A DNA stretch of 64,000 bases from Plasmodiophora brassicae (lineage: Eukaryota), in NCBI GenBank assembly GCA_036867785.1, contig CP145416.1, positions 558,001-622,000 of the forward strand, given 5' to 3'. The position numbers and the translations under genes are program-made. The notes below the pieces were generated by a model, which searched no databases, was not told the origin of the DNA, and saw only the letters and a program-made list of their open reading frames with translations. Below are positions 36,501 to 48,734 of this stretch, piece by piece. The stretch's first letter is position 1. Each line of letters opens with the position of its first letter.

Positions 36501-39500
36501 CCGCCGGTCGTCAGGTCTGCTTCGCGTCGCAGCGAGCCGAACGCGGCCGTACGAAGGCTGGTCACGTTGGACCCCGCGTAATCCATCAGCGTGGTCAGCG
36601 GCGACTCCTGCGCCACGTCGCTCGTGGCGATGCGCTTCTCGATGCGGTCCTGGAGCAGCGCCATGCGCAGGCTGACGAGGTTGCCCGCCTCGCGAAGGCT
36701 GACGGCGGCGTCGAACGCCGGATGGTTCTGCGGCAGGGCCGCCTGCACGTCCTTGGCGCTCTGCCTCTGCTCCAGCGCCGTCGTCGTGACCGCGTCCAGC
36801 TGCTCCTGCAGCGAGCGCTGCTGGTTGGCGTTCGCCACCTGCTTGATCCGCATCGCCCTGTTCTTCCGGTCGGCGGTGATCGCCTCCAGCATCTGCTCCA
36901 GCGTGCCGAACCGGGATGCGATCTTGGCCACGCGCAGCAGGCGAACCACGAACCGGATCGAGCGTTGCCACAGGCGACGGGCCGGCGTCCCGTTCGGGTC
37001 GCCGAGCGCGACGATGGCGGCGGCCCGGTGCGCCGCCCCGGGGATCGACCAGGACAGGCGCCCCTGCGTCGATATCGACCCGGTGTTCACCAGCGTCACC
37101 GTGCGCTCGTAGACGTGGTCGACGCCGACCGACCCGAAGTTCAGGTCGCCCTGGTGGGCGATGTGGACCGTGCCGCCTTCGGCGCGCAACGGCACGCCCA
37201 TGCGGTTGAACTCGCAGGCCAGCGTCAGGATGCCGGCGTACCGTCGCGGCTCGTGGGCGGCCAGGGCGATCGCGGCGACGACGAACTGCCCGGGCGGGAT
37301 CGTCGTCTCCAGCGTGCGCATCTGGGCGAACAGCATCGCGTCGGCGAACTTGGTGTCGGGCGTCATGACGCGCGACACGACCCGATGGTAGCCCTGCTGG
37401 CGCGGCAGGCAGTCCAGGTCGACCATGGCCTTGAACGGTTGCGGGTCGCGCTGCAGGCGGATGGCGAACGCCCGGTCGTCGCATTCGGCCCACAGGCGGA
37501 GCTCGACCTGGCCCTCGTTGTACAGCAGGAGCGACTTCTCGACGACGACGCCGACGTTGACCAGGCCGAACTCGATGCCGCGCAGGTCGGCGTCGCGGTC
37601 GTGCAGGTAGCGCACGCCGAGGACGCCGTCGCCGCCGCGCCCGACGATCCGGCACGGGGCGACCGTGTTGTCGATGCCGCGGACCAGCAGGTCGAACTGG
37701 GACAGGCCGTGCGCCCGCGGCCGGAACGTGACGCTCAGCGGGACCTCGGCGCCCGCCCCGATCCGCCCGGACAGCGGCTGCACGACGAACGCGTCGGGCA
37801 TGGTGCGACGCACGAGGAAGCCGGACGGCAGCGTGCCCCGGTTGCGCAGCAGGAGCGTCATCTGCTGGGGGCGGCCGATCGGGCGCAGGCCAAAGTCGCA
37901 GAAGTTGGCGGCGACGCTGCCGGCGACGCCGCCGTCGACGCCGACCGGGCGCGTCAGGTCGAGCGCCGAGATGCCGCCGACGCCGCGCACGTCCAGCTGC
38001 TCGTACCCGCCGCTGCAGACGACGCGGACGCTGGCGCTGACCTCGCCCGCCTTCGTCGGCGTGAACGCGATCGTCACGTCGCTGTACCCTTTGCGCGGGC
38101 AGGTCCCGTTGTACGACGTCGTGAAGCCGAGCGCCTTCATCTGGGCCGCCCAGATCAGGCGCGCCGCCTCGTAGTCGTCGCGGAAGGTGGCCCACTGCGG
38201 GTCGCGAACGTCGGGGCCCAGGTGGTACGAGTACGCCACGTTGCCCTTGTTCAGGACGCGGAACCGCCGCTTGAACGTGTTGTGGCACCGGCACAGGCCA
38301 AAGTCCAGGACGCGCTCCGGGATGTCGATCTCGATCGTCGGCTCGTCGCTGATCGCCGTCGCCACGAGCCCGAACGGCGCGAACGGGTTCCTCACCAGCA
38401 CCAGGACGTCCAGGACGATCTCGGACGCCGGCGGCAGGAATTCCACCTGCATGACGCGCACGGTCAGACACACGGCCCATCGCCGATCGTGTTCGCGCCG
38501 CGGGTACCGCGAACGTGACGCGAGACCCGGTGGCGAACACGCCCGACATGGGTTCGATCTTGAAGAACGTGTCGCCGGCGTGCGCCGGGACGAGCTTGTC
38601 GGCCAGCAGCGCCCATTGTGGGTCTCGCGGCGCCAGACGCGGGAACTTGGACTCGACGGCGAACATGGCCGCGTTCCCCGCCTGCGCGTCCTGCGGCGCC
38701 CTGGTTTGCTCGGCGCCCGTCTGCGCCTGCTGACGCAGGACGACCACCTCGAACGGCACGTCCATGTTGCCCGTGTTGTCGACGTAGAACGAGCGCTGCG
38801 TCGGCTTCCTGACCATGCAGATGCCCATGTTCAGCGTGTTGCTGTCGACAGCGCCCGGGGGGCCCAGCTCGATGCAAGGGACGCCGACGCGCCCCTTGAT
38901 CTGGATCGTGATTCGGTCCTGCGTCGAGTCCTTCGAGAACAGCGACGCCGGGGCGTTGATGGCCACGGGCGTTGTCGGGTGGAAGATCAGTTGCAGGTCG
39001 CGATGCTGGTGTGGTTCGACGAAGAACACGTTGTCGCAGTCGGCGCGGAGGGACGGGTCGGGGAGGTCGATCTCGACCAGCGCCTCGGCCGTCCCCGTGT
39101 TGAACACCCTGAGCGTCTGGACGGCATCCGTCCCCAGCATCGTCATGCCGAAGTCGACGGTGGAGACCTTCACGACGACCTGCGACGACCCGCCCTGGCC
39201 CGACATCGGGATCATCAGCCGGCTCTTCAGGCGGTCGAAGTGGTCGCCCCAGTCGACGCGCAGCTGGACGCTGATCGCTTCCGAGTCGACGGGCGCGAAC
39301 TTGATCCACAGCGGCTGCCTGGACTTGGGCGCGATCGTCCCGCGCGTCGGCACAATATGGAACAGCTTCGAGGGCGTACGCAGCAGGAACGCGGCCGGCA
39401 GCTCGCCCTCGTTGACCAGCATCAGCACCTTGCTCTTGGTGCTGCCCAGGCCAATGCACCCGAAGCGGATGTCGGGTTCCGAGGCGACGATCATGGGGGC

Positions 39501-42500
39501 GCCCGACATCGCCGACACGCCGATCTTCGTCACGCCAATGTCGGACGTGTGCAACGTGGCCGACGCCGTCATCGACAGGTGCGGGACGATCGTCACGAAC
39601 GAAACGGTCACCACCTGTTCGTGCCCACCCGCCTAGCGACACGGCCGGTCAGACGCAGGCGGAGGTCGGCAGCGGCATGCCTACCAGGACGCCTGATGCA
39701 GGTTCACAGGCGAACGTGTCGTTCCGGACCGGGGCACGCTGACGATCGCCGACGGTTTGGGTGGCGACCAGGTCGGTGACGACGACGCGCCACGGGACCG
39801 CCTGCGTGCACTCGTTGTAGAACGACATGGTCAGGCGTGCGATATGCCCGATGGGCACGACGCCGAACTCCAGCGCCGACTCGCTGATGTCCATGACGTC
39901 CTGGACGTTGAACTTCAACGCGAACGAGAAGCGCTCGCGAGGCTCGCCGCCCCGTTCGACGGTCATGATGCGCAGCCAGGGGTGGAAGATCCCGGTCAGG
40001 TACCTGCTGAACGACAGCTGCAGGGTAAGCGACCCGCCCGGCTGCAGAACCTTCGGGAACGCTGATTCCATGGATGCTGTCGCTGTTGTCGCGGTCGTCG
40101 TCTTCCCTGGATCACCCTGGCGCTGCTGCTGCTGCTGCTGCTGGGCGGCCGCATGCGCCCGCTGGTAGGCGACTTCGTCCCAGTCGATCGCGAGGGCGTC
40201 GGGCAACTCCCTGCCGAACTGGGGCAGGTCGCCGGCCCCGGTCGCGACGATGTCCCCGTCCATGAACGCGTACGACAGGCCCTCGTCGGCGATCGCCACG
40301 ATGTTGGACAGGACAATGTCGATCGTGCCGTTGTTGATCAGGCGGAGCGGCCGGGTCGCGACTGTGCACACGCGAACCGTGCCCATGTCGATCTCGCCAG
40401 TGCCGTTGCTGCTGCTGCTGCTGCTGCTGTCGACCTTGGCGCCGTTCTCGTTGCCAGGGATCCGTTGCTGCTGCTGTTCGATGACCTGGACCGGTGGGCC
40501 CATCGACGACGTCAGCGACATGACGCCGCCTTCGCCGAACAGGACGACGTCATGGGCGGCGTCGCCCTTGACGAATTGCATGCGCGTCCAGAACCGCCCG
40601 GACGCCATCGGCCGGAATTGCAGGCGAACCGGTGCCGATCGCCCAGCGGGCAGGATGACGACCTGGTCGACGTCGACCGTGTCCGCTGTCGACGCCAACG
40701 CGAACGGTTCGCTGACGACGACGTTCAGCGGCAGGTCGACGTCGTCATGGTTGGCAACAGCGAGGTCGCCTTCGGCCAGGGCGCCCACACCACAATTGCC
40801 AAAGTCGACGACGGCGGTGCTGACCTCGAGGTCGGCGTGCCCGGCAACGCCAACCAGTTCACATTCGAACGCGACGAATGTGTTGGTCGGCGTCGATGGG
40901 TCCTCGTACACGACCTGCAGGCGCGACACGTACTGGCCCTTGATCGACGACTGGAACCTGATGGGCACCGAGCGCATCTCCCAGGCCTGCAACGGGTGGG
41001 CGAGCTGGTCGTCCGACGAGAACCCGGTGTCGACGCCGCCGTCGTCGATCACGATGCGGAACGCGACCGTCAGCCCGGAGCGGTTCTCGACGACGATCGG
41101 GACGATGGACACGACGCCGACCTCGACGACGGGGAACACGATCCGCGACCGATGGTGCCTGGCGGCGTCGACGACGACGATATGGGTCGGGACGTGGTGG
41201 ATGTGGCAGATCGACGTCTTGGAGAAGTTGTCGCGCACGACGACGAACCCATCGACGGGTGTCGTCTCGTCGGCGTGGTGGTACTCGGGCGAGATGTCGT
41301 TCGGGATCAGCATCTTGTCGAAGGCGCCGCAGATGCCATGGCGGGCGTTGGTGCCGACGAACGGCCAGGTGACCATCATGGAGAAGTTGTGCGGGCGCGA
41401 CGACAGGTTCTCGACGACGACCGGCGGCAGGGGCCGCTGCGCCCAGCCCCATTCCTCGCGGGACCCGAACGCGAACGTCTCGTTGCGGTGCGAGATGCCG
41501 CTCCACGTGTCGCCAAAGATCATCCTGGACTCGATGGCGCCCTCGAAATCCTTGCTGGGCAGGCGTGTCAGGTCGGCGGCCTTGAACACGCCGTCCTCGC
41601 CGAGGAACAGCAGCAGCTTCTTCAGCGGGAACTTCTCGTTGTCGAGGACGGCGGCGGCGCGCAGCATGAACGGACGCCATTTCGTCGGGCGCGGCGCGAC
41701 AACGCCGACGACGAACTCGCGCTCGAAGAACCCGGGCTTGTGCGACGTGAACAGGACGTGCAGGTAGACGGTCGAGCGCGCCTTCACCGAGTGCACCTTG
41801 TTGCGCGTCTGCGCCAGCATGTCCTTGAAGCGCTGCGGCGCCTGCTTCCCGGCCATGTCGCCGTCGAAGGCGGCCACGTCCTTGGCGTGTCGCAACGGGT
41901 CGACAACGGTGACGAGGAACGGCGTCCCGTCCAAGCCGTCGACGACGAACTCGGCGTCGTACCGACTGCGGTTGTGGACGGGGATCACCGACTGCAACAC
42001 GAAGTGGACGCTGACGAACGGCATCTGCAGGCGCGGGGCCATGGGCGTCGTCAGGATCGGGCCGACGAACGCAGCGAACGCGATCGTGGTCGGCGCGCAG
42101 TGTGGCACGCGAACGTAGACGAGCTCGTTGACGTCGCCGACGACGTTGGCCTCCCAGGCGACGCTGATCGTCCGCGTCTGCAACGCCGGGATCGTCACCG
42201 ACTCGATGACGAGGTTGTCCACGGTGCCGTCGAACTGGACGAACAACGGGAACGGGGCCAGGTTGGTCACGTTGACGGCGGTCGACACGCGTTCCAGCAG
42301 CTGGCACGGGCCCATGTCGATCAGGTCCTCGTCGAACTTCAACGGGAACCCGGTCGACCCGGACAGGACGACCTCGTTCGCGTCCGACTGCCCGACGCCC
42401 GAGAACGACAGCGTCGCGTCGGCCCGGGGCGCGCCCGGCGCCGCCGTGAACACGACGTCGAACCCCATCGTTGAGTTCGGGGCGATGACCCCCGACCGGG

Positions 42501-44054
42501 GGCTCAGCTCGAACGTGCTGACGGGGTCGTCCGTCATGCCTGCTGCTACCTGGATCAGGTCGACGGCGCAGACGATGTCGTTGATGCCGATGTTCTTGAC
42601 GAAGACCTTGCGAAGGAACCGGCGCCCGGGCGGGCATGGGCCGAAATCCACGGTCGTGTTCACGATCTGCACGAACGGGCCGTTGTAGAACCGCAGCGAC
42701 AGGCGCTCGAAGGCGAACCCGGTCCAGGAGCGCAGGCGAATGTACCCGCGCCCGGTGCCCTTCTCGGCGGGGTAGGCGCGCGTGAACGTGATCGTGATCG
42801 GGAGCGACGTGTGCGGGGCGATCTCGCCGAACGCGGGGCTGACCGAGAAGAAGCGGGTCGGCGCGACCTGCACGGTGAACAGGTGCGCCGTCTTCGCCGA
42901 CCGGTTCGTCAGGTGCAGGACCCGGGTCGGGTGCAGCGTGTCGAAGAACATCTCGTTGTTCAGCGCCTCGGCCTGGAACGTCAGGTCGAACTTCTCGGGC
43001 AGCAGGTCGGCGATCTGGACGCGCCGGCTGTACCGCTTCAGGAACTGCATGACGTGGTCGCGGTCGGCGATGCCGAGGTACTCGGCCGGGCCGATCTCCG
43101 CCCGCAGCCGGTTGCGCGGGTTCGCCGTCCCTTCCGCCTCCGCGTTCAGCAACACGCTGTACTGCAATTCGGCGTACCCGGACAGCTGGTCGTACAGCGG
43201 GAACCGGTCCAGGATGGCATCGGGCACGCGCTGGTACCTGTCGTCGACACGAATCAGACACACTGAGAAGAAGACGCTCGCGCCGCTGGTCGTGCGCGTT
43301 ACCATTGGGAGGCGAACTTTGAGATGGCCGTGGTCAGGATGGCGTCGGCACCCCCACCCGGCGCGTACATTAGTCGTCGGATCAGGCTGCGTAAGCAGGG
43401 CCAGAACCGCATGACGCGTTGCCGGTTGCGGTTCGTGGCTGGCAGACGCGCCAGGAGGCTGATCGCGTGCGCGCGCTGGACGTCGCCTTCGGCATCGTCT
43501 GGGCCGCCGACGAGCACCTGCAGCAGCTGGTCGGCGAGCTTGTCGAAATCGCCGTCCTGCACGTCGACGTTGTCCTCGACGAGCTTGCCGATCGCATGGA
43601 GGGCGCAGCATCGAGCCGGGCCGAGGCCCGGCCGAGGCGCGTCCTGCTGGAGCAGCATGAAGTGCTTCAGGCACCAGGCGAACCCGTCCCTGGCCGTCGA
43701 CGGCATCGACAACCCGAACGAGCCGCAGACGCGCCCGAGGACGACGGCGGCCAGCGACCGATTGCGTTCGTCGACGTCGTTGGCGAGGATGTCACCCAGG
43801 ACGCTGACGATTTCGCGTCGCGTCGGCTGGCTTGTCGAGGAGTCGGCCGGCACCGGCCCCAGGCTGTGGTCAACGCCGATCAGGGCCATGTGCCGTATCG
43901 CCGGTTCTGGGCTACGAAGCGAGCGCACGAGGAACTCCCAGCAGTCCAGGTTGACAGAGGACGCCTGCGCCAGGATCGTCGTCGTCGCCTTGCGTATCAT
44001 CTGGGCGTCATCGTCGCCGCGTTTACGAGCGGCCGGCCGCTCGGTGGATGCCAT
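33565..44054 (-). CDS. Giant (~3,300 aa) protein: N-terminal HEAT-like repeats followed by many ASH/Hydin-like Ig domains
   Basis: Six long same-strand ORFs separated by short introns. Repeated DFG-x-x-x-G...(L/I)xNxG...F..P..G.I.P modules, e.g. VDFGPCPPG, LEFGVVPIG, IRFGCIGLG, CDFGLRPIG, LSFGRISLG, VDFGQFQQG and LDFGVGAIN. Confidence 0.8.
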
Positions 44055-44270
44055 GATTGCTAACTCGGCATATGTGGGCCCAGTGTCGTCGACTGCCGGC
44101 AGGCGATTCGGACCGCCTAATGACGTACCGGCCGGCAGACGTACCGTTTTCGATCGACGTCAGCAGGGACACACACGCGCGCGCTCGCTCTGGGAACAAT
44201 GTCAAAGCGCCGTCTGGGCATAGCAGATGTAGACCAGTACCAGCAGGCACGTTATGTTTACAATGTCATG

Positions 44271-46451
44271 TCAAACGAACTGGGATTCGCGGCAGACCGG
44301 GATCGCACCTGTCGCCTTCTTGGAGGCCGTCCGCAGCCGCGCGTCGAGGACGTCAACGGCATGGTCAGCTAAGCAGGCACACGCTACAGCGCTGATGATG
44401 AAGACGGTCTCGAACAGGCGGCTGTGTACGCCACACGACAGGAGGCAGGCGGCGGCAACGACCGTCCTGGTGTGACGGCCGGGCGTCATCAGCGCATCGT
44501 GTGGTCTCCTAAGCAGGACCATGAGATGAACAATGATTGGAACGGCAAGAAGTGCATCGGTGCCAATTACGCCGCCGACGCCAGGGCCAAGGTAATGGAA
44601 CGATCGGAGCCACCGCAGCTCCGTCAACGACGTTCGCTGAACAGCGGCAATGATCGCAGGCACCTTCAACAGGGATACGACCGCGTAGAGAAGTACAACC
44701 GGATGCCGATGCGGCTTCGGGATGCAGATTCCCGCCACACAAAGCACCATGACAGTGCACGCCCAAGGACCAAGGACCAAGCTCACGAGGAGTAACGATA
44801 CGAACATGGCCCATGTCGGCAAACGAAAGCGCGGCCGTCGTTTCCGGTACAAAGGAGGTATTCGCACAATCAACGTGACAGCCGCCAACGCCACCCAGAA
44901 ACCAACAGTAACCATAATCAGCCCATTGACCGGGAAATCGGGATCCCCCTCGACATGGATGCGGAGCATTATCAAGAGCCATGAAAGCAGGGGGAGTCCC
45001 AAGGTGGGGACGGCGAAGTGTGAGGCGCTTCCAGACAGCCGGTGCAGAAGTATGGAGGACAGCGGAGGGAACACGAGAGAAGGGCCACCGAAGCGGAGCC
45101 CTTGGAAGAGCGTGGATATTACGTCTATGCTGACGGACACCGAGTAGGGCCTCTGTGGCGGCGAAATGAAGAGCGTCGCTGACAGGGACCGAGCCAGGCC
45201 CGGATGCATCGCAACCAGAAACGTAGATGGGTCGTCCGCCTGCGTTAACCACCGAGATTCACCCGTGAACGGAGCATCTGTCACAACGCGAAGGACAGCG
45301 TTGCGCGCGCCGTCCACACGAACCGTTGAAACGGTAGGAAGAAGACCGTCGAAGAGCATACGACTCCAGAACGTGGGTTGACCGGACAAGATCACTGGAA
45401 CGCCACCTGCAGCGCCAGCAGCGGGTTCCCTTTGTAGCTTGCGAAGAGCAATCACTTCAGAGCGGTGTTGGGACAGGGAAGAGCTTTCAAGCAAGATGGA
45501 TCGAAGCGCATGAACCCTCGCATGACGAGAGGGTAACGCGACAGCAGTCATGACGCTTTGCAGGACGACGTCGACAAGCTCTTTGCAAGCTAGGATATCG
45601 TCGTGTGACATCTCAGACCTACGAGACGCGTCAGGTGTTGCGTCGCAATCGTACCGATATGGTCGTCGTTACCAGACACCAGGAATTGCGCTTGAGAATG
45701 CCGTTATGTCTCGTGCTGCGCTCATGGATGAATGTACAATGGCATCGCCATGCCCGGTGACGATCGAAACCTGTGTAACACTGTTCGACAGATTGGACCT
45801 ATACAGCGACAGGAAGTAGGCATCGGAGAGGAACGGATGCAGGCGGAGTGGGGAGTTGAGCGTCACGAGTAACGGGATGTTGGCCAGGGTATCTTCCGTC
45901 ATCGTCGCAACAGCGGCACGCGCGACAATGCCTCCCATTGAGTGACCCACCACTGTGATAGGCGCCGACGGGAACCGTTGACGAAGCGTTGCGATGGCCT
46001 GCCGGGCAAACACGACCTGGCGCATGGCGACATACGCATCGAAGGCAGATGCCCTAAATTCTCCTTGATCCAATGAGCATCTAGGGATGCATCATCATCA
46101 GTGAAACTGAACGAGAACGGGTTCACGCGCAGCACCATACACTGCAAGATTCAGACCAAGAGATCGTGCACGATCAGCGAAAGGTTGTCCTTGTACGAAT
46201 GAACCAAGATGGCCATGTAAGAACACGATAACTGCAGCAGGTGATTTGCGATCCGTCCCGAACTGCTTCAGTTGCATGTCGTCCTGGGCCAGCAGCACCT
46301 TGGTCGGCATGGGACCCGTCTCTGGAATCGGCGAGCATGTCGATCGTCCGGGTCGCAACCGCCCGTGCCCGACCACGATCACAGTTGCAACCGTGGCCAG
46401 AGTGGTGATGGACGCGACGACATGGAGCGCCGTCGTCCACCTGTACCCCAT
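44271..46451 (-). CDS. PGAP1-like GPI inositol-deacylase / alpha-beta hydrolase with C-terminal TM helices
   Basis: N-terminal TM, VIVFLHGHLGS, lipase motif VVGHSMGGIVAR, LVTLNSP and a multi-TM C-terminus. Confidence 0.8.
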
Positions 46452-47221
46452 GGTCACGAAGCGGCCGCAAAGCGCAGTGTCCGCAGTCAGCCTGCGCCGC
46501 GCCCCCACCCCAAGACTCAGTCTGGGCCACTCACGGGCCACGGCGTCCCGTTTTTGACTCCTGCACTGGCGGCTGCCTCGTCCAGTTCCGGCCTGCTGAA
46601 CCAATCCGTCCGCTCCTGCTGCACCAAATTCACCAATCCAACGGGCAGGACGCTTCACGGAGTGTCGTATTGCCTATGTACGTCATACGTAGGCGGTCGA
46701 TAAAACAAACCCAGCAGCCCGTAGCACAGCAGACGAGCGGATGGCGAATAAATGGAACCGCTGAGTGTAATGGAATCGTGGGTGGTTTACAGGTGAATGG
46801 GTTTGCAGCTTAATTCGCCCAGGGAGCCGCAAGACTGGCATGGTCTTAACATGCAATGATAAGTGGCCAGTACAACCGTGATTCACAGCAACGGCAATGC
46901 CGAACAGCAACGACGAAGACTGCTCAACTCGTGCAAACGTCGTCCGCTGAACCCCCCATCGTGGAAGGTTTGAGCTGGTGGGACTGGCTGGCTATCTGGG
47001 CGACGACTACAGTACTGTACGGTAGGCTCTTAGAGCATCTCCACCGCGCAGCCGTTTTCGGTATCGTTATCGTCTGATCCGACGATTTTGCTTGCAGGCA
47101 GTCACACCAACCGAACCAGGATTCTTTATCGTTACCTGCCAGATTTAGTGAATTCGTCACTTCCGGCACAGATCTGATTCAGATCTGTGACGATTCTGTT
47201 GTCTATTGATCGGTCGAGACG

Positions 47222-47882
47222 ATGATGGGGCTTGTCGACGCAAGCGTTCGTAATGGTCCTCCTAGTTCTGTTACCGATTCCTCTGGTTCTGGCGACGTTC
47301 GTCCTCCTTCAGCTGCTGCATCTGCCGTGTCAACGCCCGGGCGGCGTGGCAAAAGGGAAGGGGCGAAGAATTTTACTCCTACAGACGCGGCCGTTGGAGT
47401 CGACCAAGATGGTGAGACGTACTACCAGCGAATCGCCGCTGCATTCCACGAGCTTGTCCATGGATCTCCTGCTTATGTGTGCGACAGACGGTCAACAGCC
47501 AGATGTAGATGGCGACGGCGTCGATGGGGTTGCTGATCAGAATTCTGCTGGCATCCCGAACCTGGCGCTTGCCCAACGCCCCAGTATTGGCAAGAAGAAA
47601 GCTAAGAACATTAAGTTCGAGAAAGAACAAACGAACGAAGCACCTTTGGCAATGCTCGGCCAGTGGATGCAGCAGATGGCCAAGGCCCAGGAAGATCGCC
47701 TATCTGTCGCGCGCGAGAAAACACGCATCGCGCGCAACAAGTTTCTTACGTCGTTGTTCACGGAAGACGACCAAGAGCACTCCGAGTTCATTCGTCTCCA
47801 GCGTGAGCAAGCACTTCTGGAGGCGCGCCTTGAAGTGGCCAAGAAGCGAAACGAACTCGCTCAGTGGGAGGAACGCCATTAA
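47222..47882 (+). pseudogene. Harbinger ORF1 (Myb/SANT plus NAM-associated) remnant
   Basis: KNFTPTD/AAVGVDQDGETYYQRIAAAFHE (Myb-like, apparently missing a helix), then a frame change and QRPSIGKKKAK plus coiled coil. Confidence 0.75.
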
Positions 47883-48015
47883 TACAGAACGATCGTTTTC
47901 ATTCGATGATAAATGCCAACTGTTTATTGGACTGCGCCCTGCTCCTTACCGTCGTCATCGTCGGCGCCGGGTCCGTCGGTGGTCACGTTCACCATGGTGC
48001 CTTTCCAGGTTCCAG

Positions 48016-48554
48016 CTAGATGCTGTCGTCGGCGCCGCCAAACGTTGACCATAAGTGTTCGACGGGGTCAGCCTTAAGCCGGGCATGCATAGGACGGTTG
48101 TGGATCCGCGCCATATTGACCAGCTTTGCATCCGCCGATAGCTCCTCGTCCTTGGCAGGAACAACGACGAACGGATGTTCAGGGACGTACTCGGACCCTT
48201 CAATGTATGTCGAGTCGATGCTATGCTTCCGTTCATAGTCAATGATCAAATTGTGCAGGATAACGCAGGTCTTGACAACGACACATAGCGTATCCCGATG
48301 CCAGAGCTTCATCGGGATTGTCAGGATATGGAAACGGTGCTGCAGAATCCCGAACGCGCGCTCGATATCCTTACGTTTCGCCTCCTGCTTCGTAGCGCTG
48401 CCACCTTTGGCCGGTGGTTGAGCATGTGCTCGCTGAGCAACAAGCCGGCCGTGACGACTTCACCAATATCATCATCACTGCTAGATGAGGACGTGTCTTC
48501 CGAGCCCTCGTCCGCTTGTCGCCTCCATACGCTGTCTCTATCGTTGCGCTCCAT
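48016..48554 (-). pseudogene. Harbinger DDE transposase remnant (N- and C-termini, catalytic middle deleted)
   Basis: KQEAKRKDIERAFGILQHRFHIL..CVILHNLIIDYE..HARLKADPVEHLW joined out of frame to an acidic N-terminus (SSSSSDDD). Confidence 0.9.
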
Positions 48555-48734
48555 CTGACGACTGGCGGCGGCTTTTCTCCGCGGTGGTGTGGGACCCCAA
48601 AATTCATTATTTTCCCGATCGTCACATACAGATGTGACGATAACGAAAATGCTCTGCGGTGGAGATGCTCTTATCGTAACACCCACTCGAACGCGTCGGA
48701 TGCCATTTGTTTAGAATATGATAATGGTTTGACT

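Larger units (their letters stand above)
47033..48670. mobile_element. PIF/Harbinger (Pong-like) DNA transposon, internally deleted, 1638 bp
   Basis: Perfect 15-bp TIR GAGCATCTCCACCGC at 47033 and inverted ending at 48670, with further subterminal similarity (ttttcg..gttatcgtc). TTA TSD at 47030-47032 and 48671-48673. Remnants of both ORFs lie inside. Confidence 0.95.

Noticed and set aside
40120-40430. (CTG)n microsatellites
   Set aside because: Short polyQ and polyS tracts in loops of the giant protein; ordinary.
35022-43414. Very long + strand and off-frame ORFs (519, 839, 530, 773, 505 and 800 aa)
   Set aside because: Shadow ORFs caused by extreme GC3 bias of the giant ASH-domain gene; no recognisable motifs.
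46856-47077. Small ORF possibly interrupted by the Harbinger insertion
   Set aside because: The reconstructed empty site reads YGRLLS-stop and there is no homology or splice evidence for a real gene.
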